From Eubacteriales bacterium (lineage in GTDB: Bacteria; Bacillota; Clostridia; Oscillospirales; CAG-272): a stretch of 35,095 nucleotides of DNA. Below, one piece after another: positions 26,760 through 35,095 of this stretch. The translations under genes and the position numbers were made by a program. Location: contig JAZLAP010000027.1 of NCBI GenBank assembly GCA_045613265.1, forward strand, positions 1-35,095, given 5' to 3'. Below the pieces are notes generated by a model. That model was given only the letters and a program-made list of their open reading frames with translations. It was not told the DNA's origin and did no database searches. How positions within the stretch are numbered: position 1 is the stretch's first letter; each line of letters begins with the position of its first letter.

Positions 26760-28905
26760 AACGGTTATGCACACGCTAAAAACCACGTGGCAAGGCTACG
26801 GAAAGGGGATGATCCTGCTCGCCATCGCCTTTTTCATCGCCGTTGCGGGTACGGGCTTCTGGAGATGCCTTCCTTTCTTTCTCTCTTCCGAGGTTACGCG
26901 CTACGCCTACATCCTGATGGACGGCTTGGTCGCCTTCGTGCTTCCCGTCCTACTCCCCGTGATCGGTGCCGCCGTTGCCCTTTCGCTCTTTTCCTTTCTG
27001 TTTTCGAAGCGCAAAGCCATGCATGTCACGCTGTTCGGCGGCGACCGCATACTGCTTTTCTGTGTTCGCTTCCTGTTCGGTGCTCTGTCGCTCACCGCAA
27101 TGCTGTTCCTTTCGCTTCTCGCCTCTTACCTGATTTCAAGCTTCGCCTTCGGCTTCACCGCCATCGCCGCCCGAAATTACGTTTATACTTTCCTCGCGCT
27201 CACAGAAACCTTTCTGCTTCCTTATACACTGACAGCCCTCTTCGCCATGCTTTCGGGGCGCCTTTCCGAGGCGTGTGTCAGCTCGCTTATCGCCCTTTTA
27301 TTGCCCGAGGGACTGACTTTGCTCGTGCGTAATTTCGCTTCAAACTTCCTGTTTGGCGCATTGACAAACGGCGAGTTCTTTGCCGAAACGGCATTCACGA
27401 CGCAAAGCAGCGTATCCTTTGTAAAGCCCTTCGGCTATACCGACTTATTGCCTCGGTTTTACGTCTGCTATAACAAAAATATCACGGCGGAGGAGATCGC
27501 CGCGAATTATCCCGTTTTCTACGCAAAGATCATCCAGTACGCAGTCATCATTGCCCTTTTTTCGGTCGCGGCAGGCCTGCTCTTCAAAAATCAACCGATG
27601 GAGCACATTGAAAAAAGAAATGTGCGCCCCTACGTGTCGTATACGGTTGCGGGATTATCGGCGGCAGTGCTTGCCTCCTTCCTTGCATGGATCCCAAATC
27701 GTGTCGTCGCGGTCATCGCAGTCATTTTCGCCTTTCTCGTCCTATTCTTTTTCTTCCTCTCCTTTTACAAAAAGGGTTTCTCCGGCTTCCAAGCCTCCTG
27801 CAAGGTCGCCCTTCCCGCAAGCGGCGCACTTCTTATCATCATGACGACCTTTCTCTGCGGCTTTTTCGGATTTTCGTCGCGTACGCTTCACTGGTCGGAA
27901 ATCGAATCGGTTTCCATCGAATACGTTGGCATGTCATATCACCCGACGGAATATAGCATAGGCGGATATGGAGCCTCCTACACCGTTTATCCGCGCGTGC
28001 AAGGCAAGCTTATTGAGATCACAAACCCGAACAATGCATGGAAGGTGACCGAGATACACAACGCTATTATCGCCGACGGATACTGTGCAAAAACCAACAC
28101 CGTTCCCGAAAATGCGAGCGACACCGTCGTGGGTGCAAACATCACGATTCGCTATACATTGAAGGATGGCTCCAAGCTGATCCGTACCTACCCGAACCTC
28201 AAGCTATCAACGCTTGCGCTTTTGCCCGAGCTTGACGAAAAGGCAGACTACCAAGCCGCGATCCTCGCGCTCTACACGCCGTCGGACGAACTTCCCGAGG
28301 GTACGGACGGCGGTATCGAGATCCGATCCGAAAACCACTTCTATATTTCGGGCAACACGGGCGACAATCTCGTTAAGGTGACACTGAACGACACCGATAT
28401 GCGGACACTTCTTGCCGCTATCCGTAACGATAAAAAAAACGAAAAGGCTGCTAAACGTTACTTCCCCGAGGAGGACTGCCTCGGCATCCTCTATTTTCCC
28501 GATCCCGGCTACACAAGCATCTTGCACGATGAAACCATGACGCGCGCCTATATCTACGCCGGCGATGTAAACACGATCAATTTCTTGCGCGAAAAAGAAA
28601 TGTATGACGTCTTCACGAGAGGCTACACCGTCAAAGAATGCACGGTATACGAAATGCCGCTCGTCATGAACGAGGATCGCTTTGACCCCGTCTATTCACG
28701 CGTATTCCAGCTGACCGATATAATCGTCGTTCCCACCGAAATGACAGAAAACCCGATCGCACTCAGCGACGCGGAGCTTTCCCGCGTATTGGACAATGCG
28801 CGCGCCGTTTACTTCGTCAAGGATCACGGATACCTTTTGCAGCTTCGCATCACCGACGCCGACGGCAACTGGCTTACCGTCTATAAATTCTCTCCGAAGG
28901 AATAA
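26734..28905 (+). CDS. Large polytopic membrane protein with a roughly 330-aa C-terminal extracytoplasmic domain (putative transporter partner, function unknown)
   Basis: 723 aa. There are about 9-10 hydrophobic helices in the first 390 or so residues, followed by a hydrophilic domain with no motif I recognise. GTG 26734 is preceded by GGAGGG at 8 nt and overlaps the ATPase gene by 26 nt. Confidence 0.7.
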   Translation: MRSRTSSHETVMHTLKTTWQGYGKGMILLAIAFFIAVAGTGFWRCLPFFLSSEVTRYAYILMDGLVAFVLPVLLPVIGAAVALSLFSFLFSKRKAMHVTLFGGDRILLFCVRFLFGALSLTAMLFLSLLASYLISSFAFGFTAIAARNYVYTFLALTETFLLPYTLTALFAMLSGRLSEACVSSLIALLLPEGLTLLVRNFASNFLFGALTNGEFFAETAFTTQSSVSFVKPFGYTDLLPRFYVCYNKNITAEEIAANYPVFYAKIIQYAVIIALFSVAAGLLFKNQPMEHIEKRNVRPYVSYTVAGLSAAVLASFLAWIPNRVVAVIAVIFAFLVLFFFFLSFYKKGFSGFQASCKVALPASGALLIIMTTFLCGFFGFSSRTLHWSEIESVSIEYVGMSYHPTEYSIGGYGASYTVYPRVQGKLIEITNPNNAWKVTEIHNAIIADGYCAKTNTVPENASDTVVGANITIRYTLKDGSKLIRTYPNLKLSTLALLPELDEKADYQAAILALYTPSDELPEGTDGGIEIRSENHFYISGNTGDNLVKVTLNDTDMRTLLAAIRNDKKNEKAAKRYFPEEDCLGILYFPDPGYTSILHDETMTRAYIYAGDVNTINFLREKEMYDVFTRGYTVKECTVYEMPLVMNEDRFDPVYSRVFQLTDIIVVPTEMTENPIALSDAELSRVLDNARAVYFVKDHGYLLQLRITDADGNWLTVYKFSPKE

Positions 28906-28908
28906 AGC

Positions 28909-28947
28909 AAGGGAGACGGCTGCATGCGTGCTGCCGTCTCCCTTTTT
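28909..28947. terminator. Hairpin terminator between convergent genes
   Basis: AAGGGAGACGGC-(12-nt loop)-GCCGTCTCCCTT followed by TTT on the plus strand. It sits between the stop at 28905 (+) and the stop at 28955 (-). Confidence 0.7.
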
Positions 28948-28954
28948 CTCCATT

Positions 28955-31021
28955 TTATATGCTTTTGATTCGTTTTCCCTTGTAATATACCGCAACCGAC
29001 GAATCGGGAACGCCGTTTTTGTCGGTTACCGTAACCGACAAAACGTCACCGTTCTTCACTTCTGCCGTCACCGTTCTGCCGCCCCTTGCCGCAAGACGGA
29101 AGGAAACGTCCGCTCCGTCGGAAAATGCGGGAAGAAGCGTGATCCTGTCGCCGTCACTTTGTAAAAGCATCTCGTTCGCGGCAGAAAGGAACATGCCTGC
29201 CGCCGTACTAAACCACGGACGGTAATGCAGACTCTCCTCATTCATTTCAAACATCTCGTTGAACGCGCCGACCGAATGATACGCCTGGCGCAGAGCGACG
29301 TATGCCTTTTCACTATCACCAATACGCGCATACGCCTCTGCCTTCCACGCAGCATACCACGGATTGATCCCCTTGCCGCCACAATCATACATGTTCCCGA
29401 ACGCTCCGCCGTTTTCCTCAAAATCCATCCACGCCGCCGCGCGCTTCTCGTCCGAAGCATCCGTCACGCGGAAGGGGTAAACACAAGAATAGACGGCAAT
29501 ACTGCGATCCTTGCAGCCCGGATACGGAATATACCTACCGTCCGACACGGGAAGGCTTTCGCGTAGCCTCCTTGCCGTTTCAGCGCATTCGTCGCGGTAC
29601 TCCCGATCGGTTTCGAGAATGTCCGCGGCACGCACCAACACCTCCAACGTGTTAATGACACCACAAGTAGACATAAAAGCATTCTCAATCGATGAGCCAA
29701 GCCGTTCAAGATCGGTACACTTACCGAGATACACCCGCGCACCGTCTCTGTACAGCATGTGCCTCGTATAGAATTTTGCAGCGGCGCGAATCATGGGGAA
29801 ATTCAGACGAAGCGACTCTATATCTCCCGTGTATTCATAATAATCAAAGGCACCAATCGCCACCATTGCCATATGAAACACATGCTCGTACCAATGTCCG
29901 GGAGGCGCAAGCTCGTTTCCGTATTCGCCACTCTCCCATGAGAAATGTACGGCGTCACGCTTTGCGTGATCGTGACGGGATATTCCCGCCTCGTAACACA
30001 GTCGACGACGGTATTCCGGCACGCGCACGGCAAGCTCGCTATGACACGAGCCGATGAGTCCAAGGAAGGAATAATACTCGTCGAAGCCGAAATAACGCGC
30101 ATCCCAATGCACGTTGCTGATGCCGACAGGAATTGAATAATGCTTCGTCGTGTAACAGCGAAGCGCATACAGAGCGCTCTTGTAGATCGCGTTAAGGCGA
30201 TCGTCACCCGTCCGCACGTAGCCCTTCTGCATATAGGCATCGGCAAGCGCCGCATTTTCGGAAAATAGTCTGTCAAATCCCTTTCTTCGAATATCGGCAA
30301 GATAAGAGCGAACGACGGCGCGTGCATCCTCGCACATAAGATCGTCTTCAATGCAGTAGTAGAAGGCAACCCTCTCACCCGCCTCGACTTCAAAGGTGAG
30401 ATTTGCCATCCCACCATGCGTATAGGTCACGGTAACGGGACGGTCAACGTAATAGGCGATATGCCCCTTATAAATGTCCTGACCGAGGTAAGTAAAATCA
30501 AACCAAAGCGCATCTCTCTCCTTATGATGTCTCTCCGTAAGATAGGGACGGAATTCCGCCATATAATCGGGAACAATACCCACCGTATAGGAAAAGCGCC
30601 GCTTACCCGTAAAACCGTCAAAGCACTTTTCAAGTGCGTAAATACAGGCATCGTACGGCACGAACGCGCGGCTCTCGACCGTCACGCCGTCCGCATAAGT
30701 AACGCACGAGGAAACACTCGCGCTTTCCTCTGTGAGTGTCTGTGTAAAGCTTGCGATCCCACTTCCCGCAGAAAAGGTGAACGCCGCAAGCGGAACCAGA
30801 TCTGCATGCTTCTCACGGCGTACGGGAAGCCGCCGCCCTGCGCGATATACCGTGCCGCTCGGTGCCTCAACCCTGACACCCTCGGTCTGCCCCCGCTCTC
30901 GGTACGCCTTGCGGCTAAAAGAAAGCGTGCCCTCACAGTCGAGGTAAAGCGCAATATCGCCGTTACCGAGCAGAGGCGGAAAATAATCGCTCCGCGATTC
31001 ATTCGAACAATAGGTTGCCAT
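28955..31021 (-). CDS. Cytoplasmic (alpha/alpha)6-barrel glycoside hydrolase/phosphorylase, GH65-like (family not resolved)
   Basis: I place the start at ATG 31021 (AGGAGA RBS 6 nt upstream, 688 aa) rather than the track start at 31129. NVHWDARYFGFDEY and FSWESGEYGNELAPP resemble GH65-type catalytic-region motifs. The C-terminal RPWFSTAAGMFLSAANEMLLQS...ITLLPAF is typical of six-hairpin glycosidases. There is no signal peptide. Confidence 0.6.
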   Translation of the reverse strand: MATYCSNESRSDYFPPLLGNGDIALYLDCEGTLSFSRKAYRERGQTEGVRVEAPSGTVYRAGRRLPVRREKHADLVPLAAFTFSAGSGIASFTQTLTEESASVSSCVTYADGVTVESRAFVPYDACIYALEKCFDGFTGKRRFSYTVGIVPDYMAEFRPYLTERHHKERDALWFDFTYLGQDIYKGHIAYYVDRPVTVTYTHGGMANLTFEVEAGERVAFYYCIEDDLMCEDARAVVRSYLADIRRKGFDRLFSENAALADAYMQKGYVRTGDDRLNAIYKSALYALRCYTTKHYSIPVGISNVHWDARYFGFDEYYSFLGLIGSCHSELAVRVPEYRRRLCYEAGISRHDHAKRDAVHFSWESGEYGNELAPPGHWYEHVFHMAMVAIGAFDYYEYTGDIESLRLNFPMIRAAAKFYTRHMLYRDGARVYLGKCTDLERLGSSIENAFMSTCGVINTLEVLVRAADILETDREYRDECAETARRLRESLPVSDGRYIPYPGCKDRSIAVYSCVYPFRVTDASDEKRAAAWMDFEENGGAFGNMYDCGGKGINPWYAAWKAEAYARIGDSEKAYVALRQAYHSVGAFNEMFEMNEESLHYRPWFSTAAGMFLSAANEMLLQSDGDRITLLPAFSDGADVSFRLAARGGRTVTAEVKNGDVLSVTVTDKNGVPDSSVAVYYKGKRIKSI

Positions 31022-31085
31022 ATCGTTTCTCCTGTCAATGTACTTTACTTTATTGTAACAGAAAAGCATTTTACTGTATATGTAA

Positions 31086-31120
31086 AAAATTCGCATGCAC
31101 AGTTCAAAATTCCGCATACC
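31086..31120. promoter_or_regulatory. Imperfect direct repeat, candidate AraC-family binding sites
   Basis: AAAATTCGCATGCAC (31086-31100) and AAAATTCCGCATACC (31106-31120) start 20 nt apart. They lie directly upstream of the -35 of the AraC gene promoter, in the divergent intergenic region. Confidence 0.4.
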
Positions 31121-31122
31121 GA

Positions 31123-31152
31123 TTGACAACGCAGATGCGCGTTTGCTATAAT
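31123..31152 (+). promoter_or_regulatory. Sigma-A type promoter of the AraC-family gene
   Basis: TTGACA (31123-31128), an 18-nt spacer, then TATAAT (31147-31152). AAGGAGGGG RBS precedes ATG 31194. Confidence 0.6.
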
Positions 31153-31193
31153 ATTGGCGTTAGCATAAAGCGATCTGCCAAGGAGGGGAAAGC

Positions 31194-31994
31194 ATGATCC
31201 GATACTACGCCGACAGTACGCGCGAAATCTCGGTGACCGAATTTGGACACACCCGGCATTTAAAAGAAAAAACCGTACCTATGCGTACGCGCAGCGACTA
31301 TATCCTGCACCTCGTCGTGTCGGGCGAACTGCGCTTTATGGGACAAAAGAGTCTCACGGGCGGACACGCACTCCTGATCGTCAAGGGCTGCCGCCACGCC
31401 TTTACGGTACACCCGCCGTACGAGCACTATTGGATCGCCTTTTGCGGCGGCGGCGTACCGTCCCTTCTCCGTAGCTTCAACATTGATCCCGAGATGCACG
31501 AATGCTTCGTGTGTCGGGATTTTGATCGCATTCTCGCTTTTTTTGAAAAGGCATTTCTCGCCGCCACGGATGCAAGTGATGACGGTTCTGCACTCTCTGC
31601 GCTCCTTTCACTTCTTCCGCTTTTGTCGACACAGGTTCGCATTCACACTCCACAGACCGAGGATGCCGTGGCGGCCGCAGAGTTGTTCATTCGCCGCAAT
31701 ATTCACCGCGCGATCGCAGTGGGAGAGATCGCCGATTGCGTTCACCTATCAGCAAAGCATCTCTGCCGACTCTTTATCAAGGCGCACGGCGTTTCCTTGA
31801 AGCAATTCGTTCTCCGAATCAAAATGGATCATGCCACCGATCTTCTGGCAAATACCGACCTTTATATCAAGGAGGTTGCCGCAAGTGTCGGCTTCCCATC
31901 TCAGCTTGCCTTTTCTGCGGCATACCGCAAGGCACGCGGTATGTCTCCGACCGAAGCGCGGAATTTGGCAAGAAAGTCCGGCAAACGAACGTAA
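31194..31994 (+). CDS. AraC-family transcriptional regulator (cupin-like sensor plus HTH)
   Basis: 266 aa. The N-terminal region is cupin-like (DYILHLVVSGELRF). The C-terminal region IADCVHLSAKHLCRLFIKAHGVSLKQFVLRIKMDHATDLLANTDLYIKEVAASVGFPSQLAFSAAYRKARGMSPTE is the double HTH. Confidence 0.88.
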   Translation: MIRYYADSTREISVTEFGHTRHLKEKTVPMRTRSDYILHLVVSGELRFMGQKSLTGGHALLIVKGCRHAFTVHPPYEHYWIAFCGGGVPSLLRSFNIDPEMHECFVCRDFDRILAFFEKAFLAATDASDDGSALSALLSLLPLLSTQVRIHTPQTEDAVAAAELFIRRNIHRAIAVGEIADCVHLSAKHLCRLFIKAHGVSLKQFVLRIKMDHATDLLANTDLYIKEVAASVGFPSQLAFSAAYRKARGMSPTEARNLARKSGKRT

Positions 31995-32070
31995 AGGACA
32001 TTTTTCTGCAAGGGAAGGAACGTTTGCTCATAAGCGCAAAGGCATGTGCCTCGACATTCCTTAATATTAA

Positions 32071-32114
32071 AAAGCCGAAGGGGTGCAAACGTTTGTTTGC
32101 ATCCCCTCGGCTTT
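32071..32114. terminator. Bidirectional terminator between convergent AraC and rsgA genes
   Basis: AAAGCCGAAGGGGTGCAAAC-GTTT-GTTTGCATCCCCTCGGCTTT forms a 20-position stem with one mismatch and one G-U pair. T-rich runs flank it on both strands. Confidence 0.75.
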
Positions 32115-32226
32115 ACGTTCTTTCATTTTCATTTGAGAAGTCTGTAACGCTTTTTGATTTCCTAAAAATTCGAGAAAAACACATAGCATAAGAAGCCCGT
32201 ACAAGATACGGCAGCCTCTTCTCCAT

Positions 32227-33141
32227 TCACTTCTTATACGGATTTTTCGCCTTAATGGCGGTATACATTTCGATGTAACTCTCATGCCGTGACAGAGCGA
32301 TCTCTCCGTTTGCCACCGCCTGCTTCAAAGAACACTCGGCTTCCTTCGTGTGCGTGCAGTCGGCATAACGGCAGACACCGCGATACCGCGCAAAGTCGGG
32401 AAAGGTGTCAAACAACGCATCGAGCGGAAAGAAGTCGAAGCGCGTAAAATCAATAAGGCTGAAGCCCGGCGTATCGGCAATAAAGCCACCGTTCTGCGGG
32501 AACAGCTCGACCTTGCGCGTTGTATGCTTGCCGCGCTCGATCCGCTCGCTGATGCCGCCCGTTGCCAGTGAAAGCGACGGAAACAGCGCGTTAAGAAGCG
32601 TTGACTTTCCGACGCCGGACGCGCCGGCAAAGGCGAGAGATGCCCCCGAGGAAAGCTCCTTATTCACGTATTCAGAAAGGATCTCCACTCCGTTCCCCGT
32701 CTCGGACGAAACCAAAAACGCATCGTATCCTGACCTTCTGTACAATTGTACAAGCCCATCTGCCCCCTCAGCATCAAGATCTGCCTTGGTAAAAACCATC
32801 ACGGGACGAATACCGTTATACGCAAGGATCGCCGTCATTTTATCGAGCGTTGTAAGCACGGGTGCGGGACTCCTTGCCGCCGCCACCACAAGCATCACGT
32901 CAACATTGGCGATCGGCGGACGGATCAGGCGGTTTTTCTGCGGCAGGATCTCAGAGATCACAAGCTCACCCTCGCCCTCGCCGAGCGACAAAATCACGTC
33001 ATCTCCCACCGTCACACGGTTATCGTCACGCTTCAATACGCCTTTGGCGCGACAGGTATACTCCTCACCGTTCGATGTCATTACGCCGTACAAACCGCCG
33101 ACACCGTGCAAAACCTTTGCCTTAATTTCCGTCACCGACAT
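32227..33141 (-). CDS. rsgA: Ribosome small-subunit-dependent GTPase A (RsgA/YjeQ/CpgA)
   Basis: 304 aa with an OB-fold N-terminus, circularly permuted GTPase motifs (FTKADL ... GASGVGKSTLLNAL) and Zn-finger Cys/His (CRYADCTHTKEAEC). GTG 33135 is a possible alternative start with better spacing from GAGGG. Confidence 0.9.
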   Translation of the reverse strand: MSVTEIKAKVLHGVGGLYGVMTSNGEEYTCRAKGVLKRDDNRVTVGDDVILSLGEGEGELVISEILPQKNRLIRPPIANVDVMLVVAAARSPAPVLTTLDKMTAILAYNGIRPVMVFTKADLDAEGADGLVQLYRRSGYDAFLVSSETGNGVEILSEYVNKELSSGASLAFAGASGVGKSTLLNALFPSLSLATGGISERIERGKHTTRKVELFPQNGGFIADTPGFSLIDFTRFDFFPLDALFDTFPDFARYRGVCRYADCTHTKEAECSLKQAVANGEIALSRHESYIEMYTAIKAKNPYKK

Positions 33142-34759
33142 ACCCTCTGCTGATATAAAGCGTCACAGCTCCCGTCACACCGACCGAAACAGCATCTCCG
33201 GTCAGAACCGTTGCTGAAACGACGTGTCCCTTTGCCACAGATCCGGAGTCGACGAACGCAAGCTTGTAGTAAACCCCCATGCCGTCAAGAAGCGCCTGCG
33301 CTTCCTCGCGTGTCAGTCCCGCAACCTCAGGCATCGGAAGTGTCACGGATTTTCCCGACGAAACCGTTAAGGTCACGATTCCCCCCGGTGCGATCACACT
33401 GTCCGCGGAGAAGAGCGAGATCAGCTTTCCCGCCTCTACCGTTTCCGACGCAGCATAGATCACCGTGACCGTCATGCCGCGCCCTTCCAGATAGGATACG
33501 GCATCCGCAGAAGACTGCGGAAGCCGCGAAAGCTCCAGCGGCTCGCGTCCAAGGCTGACGACGATGCTTGCCTCGATCATGCCTGCATAACGCTCACCTG
33601 CGCGTGGCGACTGCGAGATCACGCACCCCTTTGCCACACTGTCGCTATACGCATACGTTACGTTTTCAATGACAACACGATCACCATAATTCAATCCGGC
33701 ATCGTAGTACACTGCGTAAAGATCCGGCATCAGTACCGTTTCGCTACCCTTGCCTTTGCTCGAAACCATCAGAAACACCACAAGCACTGCCACCGCCGTC
33801 ATTGCGGCAAACGCCCCGACAAGGATCGGAAAAGCAAGCGAGCGCTTTGCCGTCGAACGGCGAATACCTGTCTGCGTGGATGTACTGCCCGAAAAATCCG
33901 AAAATACGTAGGACGGATTCTTGGAAAGCTTGTCTACCGCCTTCAGCATTTCCTCGGCACTGTAAAATCTTCGATCCGCATTCTTCTGCATGGCGGTCAT
34001 AATGATCTGCTCAAGTCCTACGGGGAGCGAGGGATACAGCGTGCGCGGAGGAGGCGGCGTGTCGGTCACCTGACGGAGAGCGATTTCCGACGGTGTTTCT
34101 CCGGTAAAGGGCAAGCATCCCGTCGCCATCTCATACAAAAGCACGCCGAGCGAATACACGTCACTGCGCGCATCCACAACACCGCCCGACGCCTGCTCGG
34201 GACTGATGTAGTGAGCAGTGCCCACGGCGTGGCGATCGCTCTCAAAGGCATCGGCCTCGGGAAGCTTGGCAATGCCGAAATCCATCACCTTGATCCTTCC
34301 CGTTTTCGTCACAATAATATTCTGCGGCTTAATGTCGCGGTGGACGATACCCGCTGCGTGTGCATGCGACAGCGCCGTCAGAATCTGACGCGCACAACTG
34401 ATGATCTCATTCGTCGGAATACGCGTTCTGCGTGAGAGATGATTGCGCATAAAATCCCGAAGCGTCGTGCCGTCCACGTACTCCATCACGAGATATCGCA
34501 TATTTTCCACTGCACCGGCTCCGTATAAGCGGACGATGTTTTCGTGCGACAGAGCGGAAATTGCCTTCGCCTCGGTCATAAAGCTCAGGTTTTCCTCCTT
34601 CTCCGCTCCTGCAGTGTCAAAGAGCTTCACCGCAACCTCGCTTCCCGTTTCGGAATCGTAAGCACGGAACACTGCTCCCGAAGCTCCGCTGCCAAGAAAA
34701 TCAAGCAGCTTGTAGCGACCGTCAAGAATGCGGCCAACATCCTGTTTAAAATCTCTCAT
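33122..34759 (-). CDS. prkC: Ser/Thr protein kinase with extracellular PASTA repeats (PrkC-like)
   Basis: I chose ATG 34759 (MRDFKQ...) as the start because it is 9 nt from GGAGAGG; the track ORF extends to 34819. Motifs: GSGASGAVFRAYD...VAVK, HRDIKPQNI and DFGIAK. There is one TM helix (LAFPILVGAFAAMTAVAVLVVFLMV) followed by repeated PASTA-like modules. It overlaps the rsgA start by 20 nt. Confidence 0.9.
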   Translation of the reverse strand: MRDFKQDVGRILDGRYKLLDFLGSGASGAVFRAYDSETGSEVAVKLFDTAGAEKEENLSFMTEAKAISALSHENIVRLYGAGAVENMRYLVMEYVDGTTLRDFMRNHLSRRTRIPTNEIISCARQILTALSHAHAAGIVHRDIKPQNIIVTKTGRIKVMDFGIAKLPEADAFESDRHAVGTAHYISPEQASGGVVDARSDVYSLGVLLYEMATGCLPFTGETPSEIALRQVTDTPPPPRTLYPSLPVGLEQIIMTAMQKNADRRFYSAEEMLKAVDKLSKNPSYVFSDFSGSTSTQTGIRRSTAKRSLAFPILVGAFAAMTAVAVLVVFLMVSSKGKGSETVLMPDLYAVYYDAGLNYGDRVVIENVTYAYSDSVAKGCVISQSPRAGERYAGMIEASIVVSLGREPLELSRLPQSSADAVSYLEGRGMTVTVIYAASETVEAGKLISLFSADSVIAPGGIVTLTVSSGKSVTLPMPEVAGLTREEAQALLDGMGVYYKLAFVDSGSVAKGHVVSATVLTGDAVSVGVTGAVTLYISRGYVGDGN

Positions 34760-34778
34760 ATGATCCATCCTCTCCGCA

Positions 34779-35095
34779 TTAATCATAATACAATACCACT
34801 GCCGTGGCATTATCATCACCGTATTCGGCTACGGCTAACGAAACAAGAGCTTGCGCGGCGACATCGGGTGCATTCTGCGCACGCAAAAGCTTCGCCATTT
34901 CAGCAGAAGAAAGATTGCCGTGCACCCCATCCGATGTCAGAAGACAAACGTCTCCCGATGCAAACGGAAACGCCGCTATGTCCGGCTCGGCATCCGCGGC
35001 ACTCCCCACTGCCCGTGAAAGACAGTGCGACCGCACGCCTTCAACCGCCCTTACCGTGTGGTCCTTCGTCAAAAGCCTGAGCCGATTCGCATGCA
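34779..35095 (-). CDS. PP2C-family Ser/Thr phosphatase (Stp/PrpC-like), N-terminus off the right edge
   Basis: The frame is open to the window edge (...HANRLRLLTKDHTVRAVEG...LLTSDGVHGNLS...GDDNATAVVLYYD). The DG and DN motifs are typical of the PP2C C-terminal half. It lies directly upstream of prkC, as in the conserved Firmicute operon. Confidence 0.8.
   Translation of the reverse strand, partial: HANRLRLLTKDHTVRAVEGVRSHCLSRAVGSAADAEPDIAAFPFASGDVCLLTSDGVHGNLSSAEMAKLLRAQNAPDVAAQALVSLAVAEYGDDNATAVVLYYD

Noticed and set aside
26787-27332. A 181-aa alternative-frame ORF inside the 723-aa membrane protein gene.
   Set aside because: It is a Pro/Arg-rich out-of-frame translation of a hydrophobic coding region with no independent start signals.
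1-35095. A search for CRISPR arrays, IS elements or transposases, integrases, tRNA/rRNA genes, toxin-antitoxin pairs and classic defence genes (restriction enzymes, nucleases, helicases).
   Set aside because: I found no repeat-spacer arrays, terminal inverted repeats, recombinase-like ORFs or structured RNA genes when reading both strands. All large ORFs are accounted for by the features listed.

Overview
This 35.1-kb window looks like a chromosomal segment from a Gram-positive anaerobe. The Clostridia-like call is an inference from stp-prkC(PASTA)-rsgA synteny, a SCIFF-like peptide system and sigma-A type promoters. I saw no rRNA, tRNA, CRISPR array, transposase, integrase or phage genes. 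Layout: (1) Positions 1-20338, minus strand, hold one long, tightly packed Wzx/Wzy-dependent extracellular polysaccharide operon of 17 genes. It runs from a consensus promoter at about 20338-20310 to an Fkp-like fucokinase/GDP-fucose pyrophosphorylase that leaves the left edge. The supplied ORF track omits that gene because it has no stop in the window. The operon encodes routes to ManNAcA (wecB/wecC) and GalA (ugd plus UDP-GlcA 4-epimerase). It also encodes a 4-amino sugar primer (aminotransferase, GNAT, small phosphoglycosyl transferase), four further glycosyltransferases, an O-acetyltransferase, Wzx, Wzy and a second kinase/nucleotidyltransferase salvage pair. (2) Positions 20524-21986, minus strand, hold the most interesting item. 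It is a self-contained two-gene RiPP-like operon: a 60-aa peptide with six Cys at strict 4-residue spacing, followed 2 nt later by a 367-aa radical SAM/SPASM enzyme with no N-terminal RRE-sized domain. (3) A divergent pair of overlapping membrane-protein genes (YwaF/TMEM164-like plus YhhN-like). (4) gdhA. (5) A YtrA-type GntR, an ABC ATPase and a 723-aa membrane protein. (6) A GH65-like glycosidase divergent from an AraC regulator. (7) rsgA, prkC and a partial PP2C phosphatase on the minus strand at the right edge. Functional calls come from reading motifs by eye, not from database searches.
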